Shown here in pieces: positions 18,291 to 27,521 of a stretch of 64,000 nt of DNA. Source of the stretch: Candidatus Latescibacterota bacterium (GTDB taxonomy: Bacteria > Latescibacterota > UBA2968 > UBA8231); the NCBI GenBank assembly GCA_965200315.1, contig OZ241362.1:2848001-2912000 (forward strand). The letters are read 5' to 3'. The position numbers and the translations under genes were made by a program. Under the pieces are notes generated by a model, which did no database searches, had not been told where the DNA came from, and saw only the letters and a program-made list of their open reading frames with translations. How positions within the stretch are numbered: the first letter of the stretch is position 1; each line of letters opens with the position of its first letter.

Positions 18291-19571
18291 ATGAACTTTT
18301 TCCGCGGCTTCTCGCTCAACACAACCTGCTCCTTTCTGGTCTTTTCTTTGGGCTTTGTGAACTCGGTCCTGCTAGCCGATAAGCTAGGGCCGGAGCACTA
18401 TGGCACCCTAAAGCTATGGACTGCGCTCGTCATGCTGGGCATCCTATTCTTCGGCGAGTGGCTCAGCAAGGGGAACATGTACGTCGTGGGACGCGAGCGA
18501 GAGCGGGAGGCCGCGGTCAACCACACTTTGTTGTATTGCCTCGTCTTAGGTGTCCTCCTGTTGCTGACGGCCCCTTTTAGCTTGGCATTTGCAAAGGTCT
18601 TCGTGCCCAGTATTACCTTGTTCCAATGGGTGTTGGGCGTTTGCGTGATTGCGTTCACCGTGCTACAAAGGGCGGGTTTTTCCGTCTTGTTAGGCGAAGA
18701 TCGGCTCAAGCCCTACGCATTGCTGCCCGTAGTCTTCATCACTATCTATCTCGGCGGCAATCTAGTCCTTTCCCACCTAGGGCAGCTCGAATTGGACCGG
18801 GTGATAGGAGTGTGGGTAGGGGCAGCAGGGATAACGGCCTTGGCAGCTTTTGCCCCATTCTTGTACCGGGAGTTCCGCTTTCGGTGGGGCGGGCGGCACG
18901 CGCTCGGGCAAATGCTGCGCATTGGTTCGCGTGGCGAGGTCTGCTTGGTGCTCATGTTTTTGCTGCTCAAGAGCGACCTCTTTTTGATAGAGCGCTTTTT
19001 GGGCGAGAAGGAGGTCGGCGTGTATGGGGTAGCGACGAACTTTACGGACATGATGCAGCGCGTCGCCAACATTGCCTCGGTCATCCTGCTCGCCAAAATA
19101 GTGCGCGGGCAAGACGATACGCGGCTCTCTTTGGGCGTGGGCCAAGGCATCTTTGTCTTTTCTCTGCTTTCGGCGGTTGTCTTGATCTTCGGCGGACGCC
19201 TGCTGCTGAGCGTTTTCTTTCCCTTGTATCCAGATGCCTACGAGCCGCTTGTTTGGCTGCTGCCCGGCATGTTGTTTTTGGGGTTCGGGGCCGTGTTCAA
19301 CGCCAAGCTAATGGGCGAGGGCTACCCCTCCATGACCCTGTGGGCACCCAGTATCGCTTTGGCGGTCAATGTGGCCCTGAATCTGTTGTTGATCCCCAAG
19401 CTCGGGCTGCGGGGTGCCGCCTTATCTACTTCGCTCGCGTATGCGTTGTGGGGCGTGCTGACGGCCTCTTATTACTTGCGTCTAAACCGGCTGGGCTGGC
19501 AGGCCATTTTCGCGCCGCCCGCGTTTGGGCGAGCGGAAAAGACGACATCGAAGCAACCACCGTCCGCATGA
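18291..19571 (+). CDS. Oligosaccharide flippase / polysaccharide biosynthesis (MATE/Wzx-like) membrane protein
   Basis: About 12 TM segments; LGPEHYG, VGVYGVA, NVALNLLLIPKLGLRGAALSTS. The last codons and stop lie in the adjacent IS5 fragment. Confidence 0.8.
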   Translation: MNFFRGFSLNTTCSFLVFSLGFVNSVLLADKLGPEHYGTLKLWTALVMLGILFFGEWLSKGNMYVVGREREREAAVNHTLLYCLVLGVLLLLTAPFSLAFAKVFVPSITLFQWVLGVCVIAFTVLQRAGFSVLLGEDRLKPYALLPVVFITIYLGGNLVLSHLGQLELDRVIGVWVGAAGITALAAFAPFLYREFRFRWGGRHALGQMLRIGSRGEVCLVLMFLLLKSDLFLIERFLGEKEVGVYGVATNFTDMMQRVANIASVILLAKIVRGQDDTRLSLGVGQGIFVFSLLSAVVLIFGGRLLLSVFFPLYPDAYEPLVWLLPGMLFLGFGAVFNAKLMGEGYPSMTLWAPSIALAVNVALNLLLIPKLGLRGAALSTSLAYALWGVLTASYYLRLNRLGWQAIFAPPAFGRAEKTTSKQPPSA

Positions 19572-20183
19572 AGGAGATACAGTACCTGCTTGAGGCCGTC
19601 GCGAGCATCCACGTCGGCGGCCGTGACCACCCCCTGTCTGAGTAAGCCCAACGTATCCACCAACAGAGGCCGTTTGCGGCCTTTGATCTTTTTGCCGGCG
19701 TCATAACCAAGGGGGTGGCCTTGGGTTGTGGTCTTAATCGTCTGACTGTCGACGAGGCCCGCCGACGGCATCGCAGCCCGTCCGTTCCGGCGGCGCGCCT
19801 GCTGGGTACGCGGAGCCAGCACCGGCGACCAGACCCCTTGCAGGCTCCAGCGACGAAAGTAATCATACACCGTTTGCCACGGCCCAAAACAACCCGGCAA
19901 CCAAGCCCAAGGACACCCCGTCTTGTTCAAATACAAAAGGCCGTTGACGATTTGGCGGCGATCCCGCGGGGGCCGACCCGGACCGTCAAGACGCCAGCGC
20001 GGCACCGGCCGCACCGGTTCGATCCGCCGCCATTGGGCATCGGTTCGATCGGTGGCATATGGCATAGGCGGCGTACTCAGCATACAAGCCTTTCTGTTCA
20101 GATTGTGTGGTGAACACCTGAATAGGGCTCGATGAGTACGCCGGTTCAAATAGCGGCTACATTAAGGGTTTGCAGACGCCTTC
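19555..20183 (-). mobile_element. Truncated IS5-family (IS1031/IS427-like) element with N-terminal transposase part
   Basis: YATDRTDAQW..IEP, RQIVNGLLY..KTGCPW..LP..FGPWQTVYDYFRRW, VDSQTIK, GYDAGKKIKGRKR.LLVDTLG; ends at HADGG, so the DDE C-terminus is missing. Putative left end GAAGGCGTCTGCAAA next to TTA at 20184-20186. Confidence 0.85.
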
Positions 20184-20194
20184 TAAGGACCGCC

Positions 20195-21013
20195 ATGAAC
20201 TCACTATTTCGCCGCCAAGCCCCCTCCGCAGCCGACTTGGACTCCTTCCACCAAGACGGCTACATCTTCTACCCAGACGTACTTAAAGACGAGGCGAGGC
20301 GCAGCCTAACCAACGAAATTCTCGGCCTCGACTCGGTGCGCGGCTACCTCGACGCCTTGGGCGAAAAATCCGCCGCGCCCCAGTCTTACTTCGTCCGCCC
20401 TTGGAATGACCGCGGCCCGTGCGGCGACCGCCTCATCGACGATCCCTTCGTCTCCGCGCTGCTGCAAGCCACCATTGGCCCAAGCTACCACTTCTGCCAC
20501 TCCGCTCTCAACCTCGCTCCGCGCGGCATAGGCCCCATTCCCTTTCACCAAGACCACCACCACTGGAAGCACGAAAACCCCGTCAACCTCGCCGAGCGCG
20601 ACAAGTACTACATTCAAGTTCTCTACTATCCCAATGGCTTCACACTTGGCGACCGCAACCTCAAGGTCATTCCCGGCAGCCACCTCGTCGCCCCGACCAC
20701 AGAGGCCACGCCTGAGCGCATGCTGGCCGGGGCATACGACGCAGAGGCTGGGCGCGAGCTAAAAGAGGTGCGGCTCGCAGTGCCTCCGGGCAGCATGGTC
20801 TATATCGACGCCCGGATTTTCCACGCCGTCGAAGCCAAACCAGCGGACTCTCCCCAGCCCTATCGCATCTTCAACATCGACATCTTTAAAGAAGCCGGGC
20901 CGCCGCATCGCTATACTCAGGAGATTCCGCCCGAGTGGATTGCGCACGCCAGTCCCCAACGCAAAAAACTCTTTCTCCGCGAGCCTTATACGGAGGGATG
21001 CTGGGCGGCCTGA
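20195..21013 (+). CDS. PhyH-family dioxygenase
   Basis: FHQDGY, PFHQDHH, LKVIPGSH, GSMVYIDARIFHAV......R. Start MNSLF after AAGGA. Confidence 0.85.
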   Translation: MNSLFRRQAPSAADLDSFHQDGYIFYPDVLKDEARRSLTNEILGLDSVRGYLDALGEKSAAPQSYFVRPWNDRGPCGDRLIDDPFVSALLQATIGPSYHFCHSALNLAPRGIGPIPFHQDHHHWKHENPVNLAERDKYYIQVLYYPNGFTLGDRNLKVIPGSHLVAPTTEATPERMLAGAYDAEAGRELKEVRLAVPPGSMVYIDARIFHAVEAKPADSPQPYRIFNIDIFKEAGPPHRYTQEIPPEWIAHASPQRKKLFLREPYTEGCWAA

Positions 21014-21121
21014 GCGTTTTCGGCTAGGCATGGCGGCACTCGACTCGAGACCTTACAATACCACCGTCCACTGTCTGCGGCGCACAGAAGCAAGTGCCGT
21101 CTTTGTTAGAGGAGCTTTACC

Positions 21122-22297
21122 ATGAGAGTAGCCGCCATCGCCACCATCTACTATCCCAAGTCCCATGCCGACGTCATTGCCACCAAGTTTATGAAGGGCA
21201 TGTCCACGGACGAGGGTCTGATGCCTCCAGAAGTGGACCTAGTATCCTTGTACATCGACCACGTGCTGGAAAACGATATCGGCGTGGGCTTGGCCCAAGA
21301 GTACGGGGTACCCATCTATCCCAGCATCCGCCGCGCCCTGCACGCTGGTGCCGACCGGCTCAATGTAGATGCGGTGCTGCTCATCGGTGAGCACGGCGAC
21401 TATCCTTGGAACGAGCGGGGCCGCCACATGTACCCGCGCCGCTACTTCTTTGAGCAAATCGCCGGCGTCTTTGCCGAGAGCGGCCGCTCGGTGCCCGTAT
21501 TTTCAGATAAGCATTTCGCCTATGACTTTAGGGACGCTCAGTGGATGTGGGATCGGGCAGAAGAATTGGCTATCCCGCTGATGGCCGGGTCGTCGCTGCC
21601 CTTGGCTTGGCGCTCGCCTTGGCTGGAGCATCCCAAGGAGACGCCCATTGAGGAAGCGCTATCCATCGGCTACGGCGGCATCGAGGCATACGGGTACCAC
21701 GCCTTAGAGACTTTGCAGTGCATGGTCGAGCGGCGCAGCGGCGGCGAGCAGGGGGTGGTGTGGGTGCAGTGCCTCGAAGGGGACGACGTGTGGGGTGCCC
21801 GCGACGAGGGGCTGTGGTCTGGAGAGTTGGCCGAGGCCGCTTGCGCTGCCATTGCCAAAAAGCCGGATGGGCCGATGGAGGAACATGCCAAAGAGCCGGC
21901 CGTTTTTCTCATCGAGCACGGCGACGGATTGCGCACGGCGACGTTGATGCTCAACGGCTATGTCAGCGACTTCGCCTATGCCGCCCGGATAGGAGGGCAG
22001 GTGCAGGCCACGGAGTTCTACCTGCAAAACGGAGGGCCGTTTGCCCATTTCGGCTATCTGTGCCGCAACATCCAGCAGTTTTTCAAAACGGGTCAGGCGC
22101 CGTATCCGCCCGAGCGTACCTTGCTGACGACCGGGGTTATCGACGCGGCGATGAACTCGCGCTACGAAGGGCACCGCCGCGTCGAGACGCCTTACTTAGA
22201 CATCGCCTACCAGTCTTACGACCAGATGCCGCAGCGGCCACTGGGGCCACGCCCCAGCGGTGCCTGCATTGATCCGCAGTCGCCCGACATTCTGTGA
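21122..22297 (+). CDS. Conserved hypothetical oxidoreductase-like protein (Gfo/Idh/MocA-related fold)
   Basis: SHADVI, VDAVLLIGEHGDYP.NE, PVFSDKH, MAGSSLP, YGYHALE.LQCMVERR, PYPPERTLL. Confidence 0.7.
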   Translation: MRVAAIATIYYPKSHADVIATKFMKGMSTDEGLMPPEVDLVSLYIDHVLENDIGVGLAQEYGVPIYPSIRRALHAGADRLNVDAVLLIGEHGDYPWNERGRHMYPRRYFFEQIAGVFAESGRSVPVFSDKHFAYDFRDAQWMWDRAEELAIPLMAGSSLPLAWRSPWLEHPKETPIEEALSIGYGGIEAYGYHALETLQCMVERRSGGEQGVVWVQCLEGDDVWGARDEGLWSGELAEAACAAIAKKPDGPMEEHAKEPAVFLIEHGDGLRTATLMLNGYVSDFAYAARIGGQVQATEFYLQNGGPFAHFGYLCRNIQQFFKTGQAPYPPERTLLTTGVIDAAMNSRYEGHRRVETPYLDIAYQSYDQMPQRPLGPRPSGACIDPQSPDIL

Positions 22298-22307
22298 GGC
22301 AAGCGGT

Positions 22308-22736
22308 TCAACTCTTTTTGTTCAAGAGAAGGGCATCCAGCGAGTAACGCCCGGCTCCGGCCAGAAACAACGTGGCAAAGGGAACGAAATACAACAGAGC
22401 GAACTCTTTTTTCGTCCAAGGGTCGGCTGCGTGGATGATAAAGGCGGCTACCAGCATGGTGACCATGAGCGGCACGGCGGCCCAGCGGGTGGCAAACCCA
22501 AAAATCACCGCTAGAGAGCACAGGAATTCGGCTCCCGTAGCCAAGGCCATGCTCAGCGGCGACCCAATGCCCAACGGGTCCGGGAAGGTGGCGGACTTAT
22601 CAGCAAAGCTCGTCAACTTACCCCAGCCGTGACCGACCAACATCATGCCGCCGACAGCCACTCTCAACAGCAGCAACCCCAACGAGCAACCGACGCCCGT
22701 CTGAGAATGGCTGCACAACACTTTTAACAAGAACAT
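22308..22736 (-). CDS. DoxX family membrane protein
   Basis: LLLRVAVG.MM..HG..K, FPDPLGIG, E.......G..TR.A, GAGRYSLD. Confidence 0.9.
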   Translation of the reverse strand: MFLLKVLCSHSQTGVGCSLGLLLLRVAVGGMMLVGHGWGKLTSFADKSATFPDPLGIGSPLSMALATGAEFLCSLAVIFGFATRWAAVPLMVTMLVAAFIIHAADPWTKKEFALLYFVPFATLFLAGAGRYSLDALLLNKKS

Positions 22737-22802
22737 GTGTTCTCCTTTGGTTTGAAGGTCTTAACCGAATGTTAGGCACGGATTCGTTAGAAGCGCTGCT
22801 AA

Positions 22803-22945
22803 GAAGCTGTCTTAAAATCCCGTCGGGTTGGCTTGCGCGGCTGTTAGGTGGCCTGATCCGCCGGCGTTTTTCGAGGGCGAGACGCCCTCGATCCCAAGCG
22901 CTTGCGCCGCGAGCGAGGGCGAAACCCTAGGTTTAAGAACGCTTC
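22803..22945. mobile_element. MITE-like element (143 bp) with internal REP-like hairpin
   Basis: TIRs GAAGCTGTCTTAAA / TTTAAGAACGCTTC (12/14 match), flanked by TAA/TAG; internal hairpin TCGAGGGCG-AGA-CGCCCTCGA. Confidence 0.55.
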
Positions 22946-23041
22946 TAGGAGGCTCTAACAAAACCCGCTGGGCGATCCTCGGACGCGAGCGTCCCACCCG
23001 TCTAACTCATTCTCGCGCTTCACCCTGTCATCCATCTGGTC

Positions 23042-23356
23042 TCACTTCTTTAGCTCGACGATGATATTCCGCCACGGCCCCGCGCCAGCGTTAAACGCCT
23101 CGTGTACTGCCTCCCCTTCAATCTCGCTGAACCGCACCTCCCCATCCTTCATATCCCTAGCCTCCCCGCGGTTTCCCTCTGCATCGGCCGCCTGCAATCG
23201 GCCATCGCCAATAACTACGTATAGGTAGTCGTGCTCGTGCCGGTGCATGCCCGTGCCCTCGCCCGGTGCTAACCGCAGATCCCAAACCCGCACCCGCGCA
23301 TTCTCAAAGAGCAATTGCGTTCCTACTTCTGGCGAAACGGTTTTGTTTGTTTCCAT
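23042..23356 (-). CDS. Cupin domain protein
   Basis: VGT.LLFENARVRVWDLRLAPGE...HRH..DY, H...N........IVELK. Confidence 0.85.
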   Translation of the reverse strand: METNKTVSPEVGTQLLFENARVRVWDLRLAPGEGTGMHRHEHDYLYVVIGDGRLQAADAEGNRGEARDMKDGEVRFSEIEGEAVHEAFNAGAGPWRNIIVELKK

Positions 23357-23594
23357 AATTCTCCTCCTTTTGCGCCCAAGATATATTTAGGGATCCCTGT
23401 TCACAACCCTACCTGCGTTTGCCGAGGTCACCACAACAAGGGAAGCGCGCTCTGTCGCATCGACAAAAGAAAACAGCATACACTTTGAAAACCATAGATT
23501 CAACATACAAGGGGGCTTTCAGTACATGCCGTCCCGCGCCATCTTCGTCAGAGATGTAGAAAAGGCGAGCGTCGAATCCTATCAGGCTGTCCGC

Positions 23595-24158
23595 ATGAGA
23601 ATAGTCATACCAGCAATTTTTGCGGTCCTCTTTTTGTCGGGTGCCGCCAGCCGTAACATCACACCCGACGCCGAGACTCGGGCTACGATCTGGAATTCCC
23701 ACGAGGGAGAACTTGATTTCTTAGGGGACGGCAAGGTTCCCCAAGATGCCGATGCCCTGCCCTTCACTTGGGCGACCAAAGGGGTCTTGGTATTTGCCTG
23801 GGAGAAACCGCTACGGCTGGAAAAATTGCGAATCTACATCGGCACCATCGGCAACAACTACCAAGTTCGCACCTATCTAGGCGGGCGCTTAGACGAGACC
23901 GGCACTCTGCGTGAACCCGAAGGGGTGCAAACCGCCCTGATCGAAGAGAACGCGCGGGCCGTGGACCAGTGGATCGAGATTTATTTCCCCCCAAACACTA
24001 GAGCCGACAACCTCGAACTATGGACGCTCGGCCCTACCGTCTTCTACGAGGTGGAGATCTACGTGCATAGCCCAGACGCTACCGCAGTCAAGCGGTTGAA
24101 CTGGGGAAAAATCAAGGCAGGCCAAGGATCCCTTTCAATACGGAGCCAAATACCGTAA
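23595..24158 (+). CDS. Secreted hypothetical beta-sandwich protein with C-terminal TAV...WGKIK tail
   Basis: Signal peptide MRIVIPAIFAVLFLSGAA; ends ATAVKRLNWGKIKAG. Confidence 0.7.
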   Translation: MRIVIPAIFAVLFLSGAASRNITPDAETRATIWNSHEGELDFLGDGKVPQDADALPFTWATKGVLVFAWEKPLRLEKLRIYIGTIGNNYQVRTYLGGRLDETGTLREPEGVQTALIEENARAVDQWIEIYFPPNTRADNLELWTLGPTVFYEVEIYVHSPDATAVKRLNWGKIKAGQGSLSIRSQIP

Positions 24159-24234
24159 ATATAACCTTACGGCCACGCGGACATCCGCCGCTTGTACGTG
24201 CGCAGTGCCGACTCCAAATACGGGAGATTTGGTC

Positions 24235-26379
24235 ATGCCCCAAATGACAAAACGCAAATTCGCAAATTTAGCCCTGCTTCTACTGATCGGCACTCTGATC
24301 GGCTGGGACATCTACGCCCACCAAGCGCAGACCTTTTTCGTTGGGACGGCAAGGTCGGCGCAGCAAGCCCAAGAGCCTTTGCAGGTAGAAGGCCTGCCCA
24401 TTCTGCGCCCCGGCACCCTTACCTTGGGCGAGGGCAATCCGACCGTGGCGGTCGCCACTTCAAGCGACCCGGCGCTGGCTGCGTCGGCTGCCCTAAACGC
24501 CTCCTTGAGCTTCGCGCAAGTAGATGCTATCGTCCGCCGCTCCTTGGACCTAGACCAATCGGAGCACTCCATTCGCGCCATCGTCGATCCAAGTGATTGG
24601 GTCGTCGTCAAAGTCAACATCGTGACCAACAAAGGAAATCCCACCTCGGCATACTACCATAATGGCATTGAACATCCCGGCCAGATCACGGATTTGCGAG
24701 TGGTAAAGAGTGTGATTAACTACCTCATCGAGCAGGTGGGACCGCGGCGCATCACCATTGCCGAGGGTGGGGCCGAATCTCCCCGCAAAGGCGAGCCTGG
24801 CTTTCCCTCCAATGCAGAAGAAGACGGCTGGTCCGTACCCTATCCCGAATTCGGCGATCTCTCGTACATCAAGATGCTAAAAGAGTTCGCCTCCCTAGGG
24901 GTCTCCACTGTGGTGGATACCTCTGACCTCAACTACGCCCCCTTTCGTCGTGAGCCGGTTCCGGGTGGTGCCATTCAGCGCTTGGGGGTGACGCGCCTGA
25001 GCTATCCGGGTGCCCAGTTCGGCTTCCATGTGGAGGGCACTGGTAGCTTCCGCAAGGAAGGCTACTTCATGCCCGAACCGATCCTAGACGCCGACAAGGT
25101 AATTTCCATCGCCGCCATGAAGACCACTATCTACGGCACCACCCTAGGCATCAAAAACTACGTCGGCACCCTAGCTTCGGGAGCCTACGGCGATGGCACC
25201 TCCAAGCGCCAACACTATCAGAACAACCCCGAGCACGGCTACGTGGATCTGTTCTCCTACAACCCGGCGGCCTATACAGTCATCGAGGGATTCTGGGGCA
25301 CCGAGGGCGACGGGCCGCAGTGGGGCCATAACGTCCAGCACAACGTGGTGGTGGCCGGCGGCGACCCCCTAGCCACTGAGGCCGTGGCCAACGTAGTCAT
25401 GGGATTCAATCCGCTCGACTTGGAGCATCTCTACCTAGCAGCGGCCAAGGGCTTTGGCACTTTCGATCTAAACCGGATCCAAGTGGAAGGACGCGCCCCC
25501 GATAGTGCGCAGCGCACCTTCGTCAAATCCCGTGGCGGCAGTCGACAGGGCGCGTTCTACGGGCGCGGCATCCGGCGCTGGCTCGTCGCCGGGCCGTTTC
25601 CGAACAGCAGCGATATCGGCTCCGAGCCTCTGCCCAACGAAGCCCAGCTATATCCCCGAGAAGGCGAACCGGCTGGGGATGTGGTGTGGACGCAGGTGGA
25701 ACACCTTGGTTACGCCGCTGAAGTTTTGCCGCTGGGCGACCTCAATGGAAAGGATCAGGACATCGCCAACTACGCCTTCACCTTGGTGCAGGCACCGCAG
25801 GCGCAGGAAGGTTTTCTGTGGCTCGGCTACGGCGACTACGCCAAGGTCTGGCTGAATGGCGATGTGGTCTATGAGAACATCGCCCGACGCAATTTTCGTT
25901 TGGCCGACCAGAAGGTGCCGATCCGTCTAGTACAAGGGGAAAACAGGCTGCTCTTCAAGGTCGGCAACTCAGCCGGGAACACCATGCTGGCCGCACACTT
26001 GGTGGACCAAGACGGGGACCGCCTGCCCGGTATCGAATTCCTGCTGCCGGGCGAGATTCCCACGGCTGTAGAAGAGTCGGCGGGAAGCCAGCCGCTACCG
26101 GAAGCACCGGTGCTGCTGGAAAACTATCCAAATCCATTCAATCCCATCACCCGCATCCGCTTCGCCCTCCCCCAAGCAGGACCTGCTAAGCTGGCTATCT
26201 ACAATGCAGCGGGCCAGTGGATTTGCACCTTAGTGGAAGGAGCCGTCACCTCGGGCTATCACGAGGTGATGTGGGACGCACGCAATGCCTCGGGGTTCAA
26301 TGTGGCCAGCGGAACGTACTTTGCCGTCCTCAAGGCCGGCGATCTCCACAAGGCCCGGCCCATGACCTTGGTTCGTTGA
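24235..26379 (+). CDS. Secreted DUF362-domain protein with beta-sandwich and C-terminal FlgD-Ig/T9SS-like sorting domain
   Basis: VVVKVNIV, TDLRVV..VI, ITIAEG, VISIAAMKT, TLGIKNYVG, G.EGDGP, GDPLATEAV...MGF.P; C-terminal NYPNPFNP.T.I.F, IYNAAGQ, WDARN..G..VASGTYF. Confidence 0.8.
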   Translation: MPQMTKRKFANLALLLLIGTLIGWDIYAHQAQTFFVGTARSAQQAQEPLQVEGLPILRPGTLTLGEGNPTVAVATSSDPALAASAALNASLSFAQVDAIVRRSLDLDQSEHSIRAIVDPSDWVVVKVNIVTNKGNPTSAYYHNGIEHPGQITDLRVVKSVINYLIEQVGPRRITIAEGGAESPRKGEPGFPSNAEEDGWSVPYPEFGDLSYIKMLKEFASLGVSTVVDTSDLNYAPFRREPVPGGAIQRLGVTRLSYPGAQFGFHVEGTGSFRKEGYFMPEPILDADKVISIAAMKTTIYGTTLGIKNYVGTLASGAYGDGTSKRQHYQNNPEHGYVDLFSYNPAAYTVIEGFWGTEGDGPQWGHNVQHNVVVAGGDPLATEAVANVVMGFNPLDLEHLYLAAAKGFGTFDLNRIQVEGRAPDSAQRTFVKSRGGSRQGAFYGRGIRRWLVAGPFPNSSDIGSEPLPNEAQLYPREGEPAGDVVWTQVEHLGYAAEVLPLGDLNGKDQDIANYAFTLVQAPQAQEGFLWLGYGDYAKVWLNGDVVYENIARRNFRLADQKVPIRLVQGENRLLFKVGNSAGNTMLAAHLVDQDGDRLPGIEFLLPGEIPTAVEESAGSQPLPEAPVLLENYPNPFNPITRIRFALPQAGPAKLAIYNAAGQWICTLVEGAVTSGYHEVMWDARNASGFNVASGTYFAVLKAGDLHKARPMTLVR

Positions 26380-26381
26380 GT

Positions 26382-27398
26382 GTGGCGGGGATTCAAACCC
26401 TTTACCACGACCTGACGCATCTGCTCTGGCAGGCCGCTAGCATCGTAGAGCATTATCTGCGGAATACCTACACGCTGCGCGTCTTGGCAAGTTTCTGGGA
26501 TTTGGCGGTCCAACTCTGGTACTTTGTGGTGCTCGGTGCCCTGCTCAGCACCCTAGCTTGGCGCTACTTGCCTAAGGCTCGGCTCCGCCGCACGCTCCAG
26601 CAACGAGTCAACGGCTCCATTGTGGCATCCACCCTGCTGGCCCTGATCTCGCCCCTATGCACCTTTGCCGCTATTCCCGTGGCGGGTCGCCTGATAAATA
26701 TGGGCGTACCAGCCGCACCCTTGGTGGCCTTTGTCGTGGCTTCGCCGCTGATGAATCCCTCCCTGTTCGTGTACACCGCTGGCACCATAAGTATGGAAAT
26801 GGCCATAGCCCGGCTGACAACGGCGGCCAGCGTCGGACTGTTGGCCGGTTTCGCAGCTCAGGCCGCTCTGCGTCGTCTAACTTTCGCCGTCCGCACAGCA
26901 GTCCCCACAGAGTCCTCTATAGCCAAGATGGACGGGCGGTCTGAAGCCAGAATACTGGCACAGCACTTCCACGCCGATCTGCTCTTCATCGCCAAATTTT
27001 TCGGCTTGGGAATCTTCATCGCCGCTTTGGTAAAGACCTTTCTCTCCCAAGAGCTAGTGCTGGCGTTGGTCGGCCCCGGTAGCGTCTGGGCCGTGCCCGT
27101 GGCGGTAGCGCTGGGGGTGCCGCTCTACGCCTGTGGCGGCGGCAGCATTCCCATCGTCGAAAGCATGATGCAGATGGGGATGAGTCCGGGGGCAGCACTG
27201 GGCTTTTTCATTGCCGGCCCGGCCACCAAGTTCTCCACTCTGACCATGCTGGGGGCGGTTTGGGGCCGCCGCATCTTGTTGTTCTACCTCGGTTTGATGT
27301 TGGTCGGGGCCCTGTTCTGGGGGTTTCTCTATCCCTTTGGCGGCGAAGACATCCAAGCCAAGGCAGGCGGGGTCTATGAGAAACTGCTGGGCCAATAA
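26382..27398 (+). CDS. Permease, DUF318/ArsP family
   Basis: SPLCTFAAIPV, AF..ASPLMNP, GVPLYACGGGSIP, GAALGFFIAGPAT. GTG start inferred 2 nt after the upstream stop. Confidence 0.85.
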   Translation: MAGIQTLYHDLTHLLWQAASIVEHYLRNTYTLRVLASFWDLAVQLWYFVVLGALLSTLAWRYLPKARLRRTLQQRVNGSIVASTLLALISPLCTFAAIPVAGRLINMGVPAAPLVAFVVASPLMNPSLFVYTAGTISMEMAIARLTTAASVGLLAGFAAQAALRRLTFAVRTAVPTESSIAKMDGRSEARILAQHFHADLLFIAKFFGLGIFIAALVKTFLSQELVLALVGPGSVWAVPVAVALGVPLYACGGGSIPIVESMMQMGMSPGAALGFFIAGPATKFSTLTMLGAVWGRRILLFYLGLMLVGALFWGFLYPFGGEDIQAKAGGVYEKLLGQ

Positions 27399-27521
27399 AG
27401 GCTACGGACAAACCTCGTCAAAGTCGGCAGCGAGTTCTTCTACGCCGACTAGCCTACCACCCTTGAGACAAGAAGCAAATTGCTTTTTATTTCCGAACCT
27501 GTCTATTAGGAGAATGACGCC

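Noticed and set aside
21029-21102. Possible structured leader (GGCGGCACT...AGTGCCGTC) before the 21122 gene
   Set aside because: It has one stem and no recognisable aptamer or terminator platform, which is too weak to call.
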